Origin: Piedraia hortae CBS 480.64
Taxonomy: Eukaryota
DNA length: 64,000 nt
Direction of reading: 5' to 3'
NCBI GenBank assembly: GCA_010093745.1
Contig: MU005971.1
Coordinates: 186,001-250,000, forward strand
Positions 34,501 to 44,449 of the stretch are shown piece after piece; the stretch's first letter is position 1, and each line of letters begins with the position of its first letter. The notes below the pieces were generated by a model. That model was given only the letters and a program-made list of their open reading frames with translations, was not told the DNA's origin and did not search any database. Position numbers and translations under genes: made by a program.

Positions 34501-35324
34501 ATTCGTAGCGTTTACTGTAGACGAGTGTGTGCTTGCTCTGACTCATGTCTGCAAGAGTGTTCAGATGAGTCATTAAGGCAGGTTTGATGGCGGTCCGAAA
34601 AGTTACGCCCGCACCACCACAACGTCACAGACGACATCCACAGTGCCAAGCGGACGATCTGAAGTTCTTGCATAAACAGGGGTCCTGGGTATTCTACAAA
34701 CTAATCTCGGTTCAGCAACCACGACCAGGGAGAAGGCGGGTTCCTGTGAGGGCGTGCAGTTAATCTTCCAGCGCGGGCGAATCACAACGGCGAGCTAGGC
34801 CCGGCCCGGACAAAAATTCAACGGCTTGACAGCAACGAGTCGGTGACGGCCTGAACAACGCGTCATCCTGCCATGGCTGCACCATTTTTGATTTCGCGGT
34901 AAGCCTAACCGTCTATAAATTGCGCGTCAGCTGACGACCACCAAGGACAATAGACCCACTTTTTGCCATGGGAGTTGGAGCCGCGGCTGCAGCCTTGCGA
35001 ATTAGACGAGAGGAAAAGACAAAAGGCAACACGACGGCGCAGAGCTGGGAAGCTCTCAAAAGACGAGTGGATTTGGTTTGGAGGAATCTGTGATAAGATA
35101 AGGTGAAGGCCAGCGGACGTTCTCGTAGCATAGCGCTAATGCCGATTCACAGCACGGCCTCCACAATAGAAGCATAGCAGAATAAATGAGGCTGTGGTGC
35201 CTAATGGTGCCTTGGTTGCCCCCTGTTGGCTGCCGCATTTCCCGCCGTGACTCATCGCTCGTAGACCACACCTAACCACCTGTAACCCCAACTGACCGCA
35301 TCATTTAATACCCTCTTCTATTCC

Positions 35325-37979
35325 ATGGCTGATGACGTCGCCGAATCGCTAAAGGAGCATCCGTCTCCCGCCGCAGAATCAACGGAGATGACTAAAGTTG
35401 AGGAAACAAAAGTTATCAAGCACAAGTGTCGCTGCGACGAGGTGAAGGAGAAGCCCTCCAAGAAGATGGCAGCCAAAGTGTCTGATAAGGAGGGCTCTGC
35501 CGACGACAACGACAGCTCCGACTCCTACAGCGAACACAAGTCAAAGCATCGCCGTTCGCGGCCCTCAGCCAAGCTGACAAAGCGTACCCGGCGTGTCTAC
35601 TCTCCGCCGTCAGATTCTTCGTCCGAAGACGACTCCTCGTCGGATGATTCCTCGCACCACAGCGACAGCAGCAGCAGCAGCAGCAGCGTAGACATGAAGA
35701 AGAAAAAGAAAAAGAAGAAGTCGAAGAAGCACAAAAAGCGAACCTCATCCTCCTCGTCCAGACGACAAGGCAGAAAAAGCAAAGGGTCCGATGAGGAGGG
35801 CCAATGCGAGGAATCCGACAACATCGAGACGCTGCGCAACGAACTGGATGCCCTCGCCCGTCGTCTAAAGTCTGCCAAGCGCAAAAAGCAGTTCAAAAAG
35901 AGCAGCCATGCGCTCGACTACAAGCGCGTTGACCAGGTGTGGGATCCAGAGTCTCGTTCGTTCAAATTCAAGGAGAGCGTCAAGGCTGATAAGCAGCCGT
36001 TCTCGGAATATGCCTTTCTCGTCACCCGCATGTTCAGCCTTGACGGCGAGTGCGAGCGGACGCAGGTCCAAGTTAAGTCCATGCATCTGCGCTCCATGCT
36101 TCGCGAGATCATGAAGGACTGTCGAGCCACAAATCTGGAAGCCATGAACCCATCAATTGAGCCCAATGTCCTGTTCTTGTATCTCGAAGACTTCCGCGAG
36201 CACTACAAGACCACGCTCCCGACGCGGATTCAGCAGGAGAAGAGCAAAAAGGCCATCAAACGTCTAAAACGGCAAAGGGCTCTCACCAAGAACCTCGTCA
36301 GCTACCTGGACAAAGACTACGAGACGACCAAGAGAACGCTGAACCCGCTGCTAAAGGCCGGCAAAATAACTTTTGACCTGCTGTGGGCGTTGTACAAGAC
36401 GGGAGAGACGGTCGTAGCGCCCTGCTACGGCGACTGGGAGCACCCGTTTGTTCTCAAAGTCCTGCAGGCACGCAGATGCCAAAACATGGAAGGTTACTTT
36501 TACAGAGTCGAAGGCACCTGCCAGGACTATGACGGCAAGGCCTTTGGTGAGCAAGAGATGGTTCTTTTGGTTGAACAGTTTGTGGGGACCAAGGAAATTA
36601 CCAGCCTGAGTGCGTATCCGCTAAAGTACAACCAGAACCAGGCAAGGTTGCGAAAGGATATGATTGAACGGGGACAGCGCTTCGTCGAGCTGGAAGGCAT
36701 GCGGTACAAAGTCTTTGACGGCATCGCCTACCGTCGGGTGAAGCAGGGCATGGCGAAGCTCAGCGTTCGGGGCAGGATCATGGTCGACCCGCTGACGTTT
36801 CGTCGAATGAACGCCGGCTATGTTATTTCCAGCGCCAAAAAGGTTGTGGATTATGACTCTTACGAAGAGTACGTCAGCGACTCTGAGGCGGAAGCAAAGG
36901 CACATACCACCACGCGCGCTATCAACGGGAAATCTGCAGACTCTGACTGCCACAAGTACAAGTATCAGTGGCTTCAAGACGACAAAGGGAAGCAGCTTTA
37001 TGTGGCTGTGATGCCGGGCAAAGACGGCGACGCTTCGCCCGTATCCTCCATCTCCGATTCCCGTGTCGTGCGCAATCGGCATTTTACAGAAGAGCAGCTG
37101 CTCATGACTAATCCCGTGGTTCTGGGCTATTCATTCTCTATTAAGCAGTGGATGGAGTTCCCTGTGGCCTGCATTCAGGACATTGTCTGGAGCACGAATG
37201 CCTTTGACTCGCTCGTCCTTCCGTCGGACCACAAGGAGGTCATCCGCGCCCTGGTTGAATGCCACAAGCACAACACCCATCGTGCCATGGATGACATCGT
37301 GATCGGCAAGGGAAAGGGTCTGGTCGCGGTGCTCCATGGCCCGCCTGGCACGGGAAAGACGCTCACGGCAGAGAGCATTTCCGAGCTGCTCCAGTGCCCT
37401 TTGTACATGGTTTCGGCTGGTGAGCTGGGCATGGAGCCGGATCGGCTGGAAGCAGAGCTGCAAAACGTACTGGACGTCTCTCATGCCTGGGGCGCCATTT
37501 TGCTGCTGGATGAAGCAGACGTCTTCCTCGCCCAGCGTGAGACGTTTGACATTCGCCGCAACGCGCTTGTCAGCGTCTTTCTACGTCTATTGGAGTACTT
37601 CCAGGGCATCCTCTTCCTGACGACGAACCGCGTGGAGACGTTTGACGAAGCGTTCCAGTCTCGCATTCACCTTCCTCTACGCTACGGTGAGCTTACAACG
37701 CAGGCAAAGAGGTCGGTCTGGAAGACGTTCCTGGACCTTGCTCGCAAGGCGGAGCCCGAGCTTACGGGAACGTTCACGGATCAGAACCTGGATGACCTGG
37801 CTCGTCGCCCGCTGAACGGACGACAGATCAAGAACGCGGTTTTGATGGCCAATGCACTTGCACTTAATGAGAAGAAGCCAATGGGCATGGATCAGCTGAA
37901 GAAGGTGCTGGACATGAGCGAGAGCTTTGATATTCGGGGCGGGTCAGGATTCAACGATGCGATGCGTAGTTATGCATAG
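35325..37979 (+). CDS. Fungal-type AAA+ ATPase with Ser/Lys-rich low-complexity N-terminus, 884 aa
   Basis: Walker A GPPGTGKT, Walker B LLLDEAD, FLRLLEYFQGILFLTTNR, FDEAFQSRIH and LNGRQIKN; ITFDLLWALY upstream of the AAA core. Confidence 0.93.
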   Translation: MADDVAESLKEHPSPAAESTEMTKVEETKVIKHKCRCDEVKEKPSKKMAAKVSDKEGSADDNDSSDSYSEHKSKHRRSRPSAKLTKRTRRVYSPPSDSSSEDDSSSDDSSHHSDSSSSSSSVDMKKKKKKKKSKKHKKRTSSSSSRRQGRKSKGSDEEGQCEESDNIETLRNELDALARRLKSAKRKKQFKKSSHALDYKRVDQVWDPESRSFKFKESVKADKQPFSEYAFLVTRMFSLDGECERTQVQVKSMHLRSMLREIMKDCRATNLEAMNPSIEPNVLFLYLEDFREHYKTTLPTRIQQEKSKKAIKRLKRQRALTKNLVSYLDKDYETTKRTLNPLLKAGKITFDLLWALYKTGETVVAPCYGDWEHPFVLKVLQARRCQNMEGYFYRVEGTCQDYDGKAFGEQEMVLLVEQFVGTKEITSLSAYPLKYNQNQARLRKDMIERGQRFVELEGMRYKVFDGIAYRRVKQGMAKLSVRGRIMVDPLTFRRMNAGYVISSAKKVVDYDSYEEYVSDSEAEAKAHTTTRAINGKSADSDCHKYKYQWLQDDKGKQLYVAVMPGKDGDASPVSSISDSRVVRNRHFTEEQLLMTNPVVLGYSFSIKQWMEFPVACIQDIVWSTNAFDSLVLPSDHKEVIRALVECHKHNTHRAMDDIVIGKGKGLVAVLHGPPGTGKTLTAESISELLQCPLYMVSAGELGMEPDRLEAELQNVLDVSHAWGAILLLDEADVFLAQRETFDIRRNALVSVFLRLLEYFQGILFLTTNRVETFDEAFQSRIHLPLRYGELTTQAKRSVWKTFLDLARKAEPELTGTFTDQNLDDLARRPLNGRQIKNAVLMANALALNEKKPMGMDQLKKVLDMSESFDIRGGSGFNDAMRSYA

Positions 37980-38156
37980 GCTAGCGATAGAGTCTATAAT
38001 GAAGGCCGTTTATACGTCTGTGGTCACCGTTCTGCTGTGAAAACGTCCAGCAGTCACTGTACTGCTAGACTGAAGTCGCTGTTCTAATTATGTCCACGGA
38101 TCATTCTCATCCCAGCCGATCCAGAGCGTCGGCCGACCATCACGTGGGGTGTCGTC

Positions 38157-38240
38157 ACGCGTGGGAACACGCAACGCGGAACGCGGTAACGCGTCGTTCG
38201 GCCCCGCTCGTGGACTCGCACGCGCACGCGCACGCGAAAA
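38157..38240. promoter_or_regulatory. Cluster of MCB (ACGCG/ACGCGT) cell-cycle boxes
   Basis: ACGCGT at 38157 and 38189; ACGCG at 38174, 38181, 38220, 38226 and 38232 (the last within CGCGAAAA). All lie just upstream of the ATG at 38258. Confidence 0.7.
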
Positions 38241-38257
38241 TCACATATACAAGGAAC

Positions 38258-39166
38258 ATGTCTAATGCCGGACAGGAGGTACCCTCCCTGTCGCAGGATT
38301 CTATTTCTACCAACCACTCGCCCGTGAAGCGGCATACCAATCATTGGAGTCCGATGCAAAGCCCGGCACTCACTACAACGTCCCCGCGTCACACTTCCAA
38401 GCGGGATTCAAACGGTATCTTGAAAACTCAGGAATATTCGAAGCCTGCAATCATGACCACCACCAATAACATTCATATTAATCATAATCGCCCCCGCACA
38501 ACATCTACCACTTCCTCGTCATACGGCCGAGCAGCCAGCGACTTAGCCTCGGCCCTCCAAACCAAGCTCAGCTACGCAATGACCAAGGTAAAAAACGGCT
38601 GGGAGGATAAGACGCTGCCTGAGCTTGAGCGTGAGTTCTTTGTCGCAGAGACGAAAGACATTCCAAAGGCGCACATGGTTTTCGGAAACGGCTATCACAC
38701 GTTGTCGCGGCAAACGGCAAGCGGTGAGCCTGCTATGAAGCGGAGATCATTACCGCCGTTGCGGCCGTCTCACGACTTGAGCTTCCCCTCGCGCAGCACC
38801 GACCGGTCCTCTACCGCTTCTTCGTCGCAGGGGAGCAGCAGTTGTAGCGGAAGTCCATATGCGAATGCAGCACCACCGCGTCTGCAACCGCCAGCGGAGA
38901 TCCAGTCAAACGGTGTTCGTAAAAGCGGACATGTGTCTCAGTGGAGTTTCGACCACAGTGCAATATCCCCTCCGCGGACGCCTGCGACAGAGGGCAGTCT
39001 CCGTTCCGCCGTTGACACGGAAAGGGAGCTAGAAGCCGCACTCGCGCTTCAAGAGCTAGGGAGTCCACGGAGTATCGCCTTCCCAACATCCGACCTGCGA
39101 TCGCGACCAGGGACCAGAAACGGGGCTGTTAACGGGCATGCGCGTGGAGTTGAAAGGGAACTGTAA
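38258..39166 (+). CDS. Whi5/Nrm1-family G1/S transcriptional repressor (~302 aa)
   Basis: GTB motif ALQTKLSYAMTKVKNGWEDKTLPELE; many SP/TP CDK-type sites. ATG 38258 preferred over 38090 because the upstream extension is the MCB cluster. Confidence 0.85.
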   Translation: MSNAGQEVPSLSQDSISTNHSPVKRHTNHWSPMQSPALTTTSPRHTSKRDSNGILKTQEYSKPAIMTTTNNIHINHNRPRTTSTTSSSYGRAASDLASALQTKLSYAMTKVKNGWEDKTLPELEREFFVAETKDIPKAHMVFGNGYHTLSRQTASGEPAMKRRSLPPLRPSHDLSFPSRSTDRSSTASSSQGSSSCSGSPYANAAPPRLQPPAEIQSNGVRKSGHVSQWSFDHSAISPPRTPATEGSLRSAVDTERELEAALALQELGSPRSIAFPTSDLRSRPGTRNGAVNGHARGVEREL

Positions 39167-39343
39167 ATGCATGAAAACATGATGACATGGAAATGGGATA
39201 TACCCGGGCGGAGTTTATCTGAGTGTCCATAGAGAAGATCTGCATGTCTGGAAAGAATAAATCATCTGCAAAAACTTTCTCCAGTGCGTCGGAACGGCCC
39301 GACACATCCATCAAACTCTCCAACCACATAAAAACCTAAACCC

Positions 39344-40501
39344 ATGTTCCGCCGAAGAATCCACACCGTCGCAGATGGAATCATAACCCGTCTCTCCGCC
39401 CAACCATTACACCCCCTAACTCTCTCCGACCTCTGTCGCCATGGCCGTCCTCCTCTGTCGCCAGAATCCCTCCTCTCCTCCGCAAACTTCACCCTCTCAA
39501 TCCTCCCGACGCGTCTAGCCCACCGCATCTCCTCCCTCCGCAACCTCCCCTACATCGTCGTCTCAAACCCGCACATCCACAAAATTTACCAAAACTACCT
39601 CCACAGTCTCTCGACCCTCCTCCCCTTTGCGGAGCGACCAATCCTCACCCTTTCCGAAGAAGAAACTTTCACGAACCGAATGTCCGATCTGGTGGAAACG
39701 CACAGAGATACGATCCCAACCCTCGCCAGAGGATTCAGACAAGTAGCGAGGTATATCGATTCTGCGTCCGTGGAACGCTATCTAGACGAACACCTCCGCG
39801 CAAGGATCGGGACGAGGTTGGTTGCGGAGCAGCAGATTGCACTCCACCGCTCTTCAAACGAGGGTAGGCATGCTTCGCAGGATTCGTTCATTGGGGTTAT
39901 TGACACCGCCCTCCGTCCCGCGGATATCATACGAAGATGCGAAACGACCGTCGCGGAGATATGCGAGTTGAATTACGGTGTGCGGCCGTTTGTGGTGTTA
40001 ACGGGGGATTTGGGGGTTAGGATGGCATACGTGCCTATGCATTTGGAGTATGTGATTACGGAGCTGTTAAAGAATGCGTTTAGGGCGGTGATTGAGACGG
40101 GAAAGGCGGATGAGGGGGTTGAGATTACGATTGCGCCGTACCCGATAAGTAATGCTTCGCCGGGTGTTACGATAAGAATAAGGGATAAGGGAGGCGGGAT
40201 CTCGCCGGAGAATATGGATAAATTGTGGAGTTATGGTTTCACGACGTTTGATGAGTTTGAGTTTGCGGAGCGGGTTTCGGGGGCGGGGACGGGGGCGGGG
40301 GCGGGAGCGGGAGCGGGATGGCAGGGTGTTTCTGTGGGGGGGAATCCTCAGGGGAGTACGCTTGCGGGGCTGGGGTATGGGTTGCCGTTGGCGAGGGCGT
40401 ATGCGGAGTATTTTGGTGGGGGGATTGCGGTGCAGAGTCTTTGGGGATGGGGTACGGATGTTTATCTCACGTTGAGGGGGGTGGGGGGGTTAGAGTGTTG
40501 A
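39344..40501 (+). CDS. Mitochondrial alpha-ketoacid dehydrogenase kinase (BCKDK/PDK family), 385 aa
   Basis: LPTRLAHRISSLRNLPYIVVSNP; RARIGTRLVAEQ; GHKL boxes ELLKNAFRA, IRDKGGGI, YGFTT and GLGYGLPLARAYAEYFGG; Arg-rich presequence. Confidence 0.95.
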   Translation: MFRRRIHTVADGIITRLSAQPLHPLTLSDLCRHGRPPLSPESLLSSANFTLSILPTRLAHRISSLRNLPYIVVSNPHIHKIYQNYLHSLSTLLPFAERPILTLSEEETFTNRMSDLVETHRDTIPTLARGFRQVARYIDSASVERYLDEHLRARIGTRLVAEQQIALHRSSNEGRHASQDSFIGVIDTALRPADIIRRCETTVAEICELNYGVRPFVVLTGDLGVRMAYVPMHLEYVITELLKNAFRAVIETGKADEGVEITIAPYPISNASPGVTIRIRDKGGGISPENMDKLWSYGFTTFDEFEFAERVSGAGTGAGAGAGAGWQGVSVGGNPQGSTLAGLGYGLPLARAYAEYFGGGIAVQSLWGWGTDVYLTLRGVGGLEC

Positions 40502-40538
40502 TGAGTTTAATAGCTAGGTATGAGATGTTATGACATTT

Positions 40539-40886
40539 TTACTGCGTCGTTACTTTGCCGTCCGCTTCGACGTTGAGGGCCTCGTTGGAGGCGAGGGTTT
40601 GGACCTTGTCGTCGGGGAATTCGGCGCTGCCGGAGCGTTAGTGAGGTTTGTTAGATCGGATGGACACGCACGTGAATCCCTTGACCAGCTTGTATTCGTG
40701 CGTAATTTTGCCGCCTTGGTCTTGGACTTGCTTCTTTGCGCTGGGCGATGGTTAGTTGGGTCGTTTCGACATGGTAGGGATGCTTACGCTTCAAGCTGGT
40801 CAGCGTTGGCACCTTCTTTGAGGGACACCTGATCCAGTCAACTACATCCCGCGGATGAACACCCCACCCACGTTGATGGTCGGCAT
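40539..40886 (-). CDS. Peptidase inhibitor I9 (subtilisin propeptide-like, Pbi2/POIA1-type), 70 aa, 4 exons: 40886-40872, 40828-40788, 40740-40672, 40626-40539
   Basis: Three introns (43, 47 and 45 nt; GTGGGT/GTAAGC/GTGCGT donors, branch sites, CAG acceptors) splice to MPTINVSLKEGANADQLEAAKKQVQDQGGKITHEYKLVKGFTAEFPDDKVQTLASNEALNVEADGKVTTQ*. GGKITHEYxxxxGF and VExDxxV are I9 hallmarks. Confidence 0.9.
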
Positions 40887-41008
40887 GTTGAGGTGGAGTT
40901 GGTGAGGGGCAGATGTGATGTCAAGAGTGCGGGGCTTGACATATGCTTAGTCATCCCCGTACGGCTACCATCCAAAAAAAAAGTTGAAGGGCCAGTAGAA
41001 CAGTAGCC

Positions 41009-44000
41009 ATGGCGGGAGAAGAACAGGTACATCGCGCACACCGAGCGTCAAAGAAGAAAAAGAAAGAACATGTTCCAGGACAGAGGAACCCCAAAGCGTT
41101 TGCCGTTGCTGCGCCGGGGCGATTGGCGAAACAGGCGGCGCGTAGCCATGATGTGCGCGAGAAGAAATATCACGTCCCTCGCGTTGACCGGCTACCGGAG
41201 GATCCGCCGCCGCTGATTGTCGGTGTTGTGGGGCCGCCAGGCGTCGGTAAGACGACGCTAATCAAGAGTCTCGTGCGCCGCCACGCTGGTCAAACGCTTT
41301 CGGCGCCCACGGGGCCGATTACGGTTGTGTCGGGTAGCAGGCGGCGGCTGACGTATATCGAGTGCCCAAGCAACTCTCTAGCTAGCGCCATGGATGTTGC
41401 GAAGGTCGTGGATATTGTCTTGCTCATGATTGATGGGAATTACGGCTTTGAGATGGAGACGATGGAGTTCTTGTCTGTCCTCGGCACAGCTGGCATGCCT
41501 GGGAATGTTCTTGGTGTCTTGACCCATCTTGATCTATTCCGCAAACATGAGACGCTGAGGGCGCAGAAGAAGAGACTCAAGAGTCGCTTTGAGGCCGAAC
41601 TGTACCCCGGCGCAAAGCTATTTTACCTCTCCGGCGTTATCAACGGGCGTTATCCTGATAGAGAAGTCTTGAACCTCACCAGGTTTATCTCTCAGAGGCA
41701 GAATCCCCGACCGCTGGTCTGGCGGAATTCCCATTCTTATGCCCTTGCAGACCGTATGCTGGATCTGACTCCTCCGACTCTGATCGAGGAAAACTATAAA
41801 TGTGATCGCACTGTGGCTCTATATGGCTACCTTCGCGGAACAAATCTTCCGGCTACCAATGCCAGAGTCCATGTTCCCGGTGTTGGCGACCTGACAGTCA
41901 CCCATGTTGACGCCCAGCCAGATCCCTGTCCGACTCCGTACATGGTCGAGGCCAAGAACAACGCTGAAGGCACCAAGAAGAGGCGCCGACTCAATGAAAA
42001 GGACAAGATCATCTACGCCCCCATGTCGGATGTCGGAGGCGTCTTGATTGACAAGGACGCCGTTTACATTGACGTCAAGAGCAACACCTTCAACGCCGAC
42101 ATCCCCGGCGAGCGTGGCCTCGGGGAGCAGATGATGGTCGATCTGCAGTCTGCGCGTAGAGTGCTGGGCCAAGCCGACGAGGGCATAAAGCTGTTTGAAA
42201 ACGAGGAGCAGCTGAAAAGTGCAAGACGGCCTGCTGAAGATGGGGACTACCAAGACGCTGGCGACAAATCAGATGGCAATGACCGAGAAAGTCCAGATGC
42301 GGACAGTGAATCCAAAGCTGACGCTGCTAAGCCACCGGAGAGGTTCGGCAGAGAGGAAAGGGATAGGAACGTTCAAGGCGACATTGTCTTTGCTGACTCC
42401 GATAGCGATCTAGGTAGTATATCATCCGTATCCAACCAGGAGTTGGAGGATGACAGCGATGAGGAAGTCGAGTGGAAGAAGGACATGGTCGAGCGAGCAC
42501 AGTCCAAACCACAGCCTTACCGTGTCGCTGAACTGGCTAAGCTCATGTATGATGAGCGGCTGTCGGTGGTGGAGGCTTTGAAAAAGTGGAGGGGCGAAGA
42601 GGCTGAGGAGGAAGAAGTTGATGATGATGAAGTCTTTCGCAAAGTCACGGTAGGGCAAGAGGAAGACTTCTCTCTGCCGACATATGACTACGCTCCATTG
42701 GAAGAGAAGTGGACGGATGAGAGCAATATTGAGGCCATTAGATTCAAGTTTGCTGCCACTCAGGTGACTGGTGAGGGGAGTGATGGGGAGGGAGACTTTG
42801 AGGATCTCGAGGCTGGGGAGATGTCTAATGGCGAAGAATCGGACAAAGAAGAAGACTTGGAGGCTGAGCGCGAGAAGAATGCTCGACGGAAGGAAGAACT
42901 GAAAATGCGATTCGAAGTGGAGGACCGCGAAGGTTTTCTTAATCCAAAAAATGCAAACCGTGAAGAGACGCAGACGTTTGGTGAAGACGAATGGTACGAG
43001 TCTCAGAAAGCGGCTCTTCAGAAACAGTCGATGATCAACGAGGCGGAGATGTCGCAGCTGCCAGAGCACGCCCGGGTACTTACAGAAGGATACAAAGCCG
43101 GCAGCTATGTGCGTCTGACCCTCTCCAATGTCCCGTATGAATTTATCCAGCACTTCAACCCGTCCATCCCTCTGATCGTCGGTGGATTGAACCCAACCGA
43201 GGAGAAAATGGGCTTCATCACCACCCGCATCAAGCGCCACAGATGGCACAAGAAGACGCTCAAAACCAACGACCCTCTGATCATCAGCCTTGGCTGGCGC
43301 CGCTTCCAAACCCTCCCCGTTTACTCTATCCACGCCGAGCGCGTCCGCCACCGCATGTTAAAATATACCCCCGAACACATGCACTGCAACGCCACCTTCT
43401 GGGGTCCCCTCGCCCCTCCTAACACCGGCTTCTCCGCCGTGCAAAGCTTCAGCACATCCAACCCAGGCTTCCGCATCGCCGCCACAGGCGTCGTTCTCAA
43501 CACCAACGATACCACCGAAATCGTCAAAAAGCTCAAACTAACTGGCCACCCGTACAAAATCTACCGCAACACGGCCTTCATCAAAGACATGTTCACCTCC
43601 GCCCTCGAAATCGCCAAATTCGAGCGTGCGGGTCTCAAAACCGTCTCCGGCATCCGCGGCGAAGTCAAACGCGCCCTCAGCAAACCCGAAGGCTGTTTCC
43701 GCGCTACTTTCGCCGACAAAATCTTAATGTCCGACATCGTCTTCCTCCGTGCCTGGTATCCCATCAAACCGCACCGCTACTGCCACTTTGTCACCGACCT
43801 TTTAGGCGAGTGGCAGGGCATGAAACTCGTAGGCCAGCTCCGCGCAGAGCAAAACATCCCCGTCCCCACAAATAAAAACTCTACCTACCGTCCCGTTGAG
43901 AGACAAGAGCGGCATTTTAACCCGCTTCGCGTCCCAAAGAAGCTTGCCGCGGATCTGCCGTTCAAGTCCCAGATTGTGACGATGAAGAAGCAGAATCCGA

Positions 44001-44281
44001 AGGGGTATCTTAAGCAGAGGAAGGCGGTGGTGGTCGATGCGGAGGAGAAGGAGGCGAGAAGACTGCTTACGCAAGTTATGTCGCTTAGGAAGGAGAGGGA
44101 TGCGAAAAGGAGGGAGAAGAAGGAGGTGCAGAGACAGGGGTACCTGAAGAAGGTGGAGAAGAGTGATTCTTTGAGGAAGGAGAGGGAGAAGAGGGAACGT
44201 GATGAGTATTGGAAGGTGGAGGGAAGGAAGAGGGCGAAGCAGGATGGAGAGGGGGGTGGGAAGAGGCGGAAATTGGGGTGA
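41009..44281 (+). CDS. BMS1: Ribosome biogenesis GTPase Bms1, 1090 aa, no intron
   Basis: NPKAFA; GPPGVGKTTLIKSL; LLMIDGNYGFEMETMEFL; RIKRHRWHKKTLKTNDPLIISLGWRRFQT; RMLKYTPEHMHC. Confidence 0.97.
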   Translation: MAGEEQVHRAHRASKKKKKEHVPGQRNPKAFAVAAPGRLAKQAARSHDVREKKYHVPRVDRLPEDPPPLIVGVVGPPGVGKTTLIKSLVRRHAGQTLSAPTGPITVVSGSRRRLTYIECPSNSLASAMDVAKVVDIVLLMIDGNYGFEMETMEFLSVLGTAGMPGNVLGVLTHLDLFRKHETLRAQKKRLKSRFEAELYPGAKLFYLSGVINGRYPDREVLNLTRFISQRQNPRPLVWRNSHSYALADRMLDLTPPTLIEENYKCDRTVALYGYLRGTNLPATNARVHVPGVGDLTVTHVDAQPDPCPTPYMVEAKNNAEGTKKRRRLNEKDKIIYAPMSDVGGVLIDKDAVYIDVKSNTFNADIPGERGLGEQMMVDLQSARRVLGQADEGIKLFENEEQLKSARRPAEDGDYQDAGDKSDGNDRESPDADSESKADAAKPPERFGREERDRNVQGDIVFADSDSDLGSISSVSNQELEDDSDEEVEWKKDMVERAQSKPQPYRVAELAKLMYDERLSVVEALKKWRGEEAEEEEVDDDEVFRKVTVGQEEDFSLPTYDYAPLEEKWTDESNIEAIRFKFAATQVTGEGSDGEGDFEDLEAGEMSNGEESDKEEDLEAEREKNARRKEELKMRFEVEDREGFLNPKNANREETQTFGEDEWYESQKAALQKQSMINEAEMSQLPEHARVLTEGYKAGSYVRLTLSNVPYEFIQHFNPSIPLIVGGLNPTEEKMGFITTRIKRHRWHKKTLKTNDPLIISLGWRRFQTLPVYSIHAERVRHRMLKYTPEHMHCNATFWGPLAPPNTGFSAVQSFSTSNPGFRIAATGVVLNTNDTTEIVKKLKLTGHPYKIYRNTAFIKDMFTSALEIAKFERAGLKTVSGIRGEVKRALSKPEGCFRATFADKILMSDIVFLRAWYPIKPHRYCHFVTDLLGEWQGMKLVGQLRAEQNIPVPTNKNSTYRPVERQERHFNPLRVPKKLAADLPFKSQIVTMKKQNPKGYLKQRKAVVVDAEEKEARRLLTQVMSLRKERDAKRREKKEVQRQGYLKKVEKSDSLRKEREKRERDEYWKVEGRKRAKQDGEGGGKRRKLG

Positions 44282-44449
44282 TACGACTATGTAAAGAATA
44301 GAGGTGATACTTTGTGATCCTCTCGGAGGTGGGGCTGTCAAGGTAGATCCGCATAGAAACCTGTTGTAATAGGGAACAAAGAATACGGTTTGCCGGATCC
44401 GCCAGAAATAGCTGGAAAGATTTGATGGTAGTCTTGTGGAAAAACTGAT

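Noticed and set aside
38090..38257. Upstream extension of the Whi5/Nrm1-like ORF
   Set aside because: It consists of MCB promoter repeats; ATG 38258 is more plausible.
40530..40832. 100-aa plus-strand ORF
   Set aside because: It is the antisense of the spliced I9 inhibitor gene.
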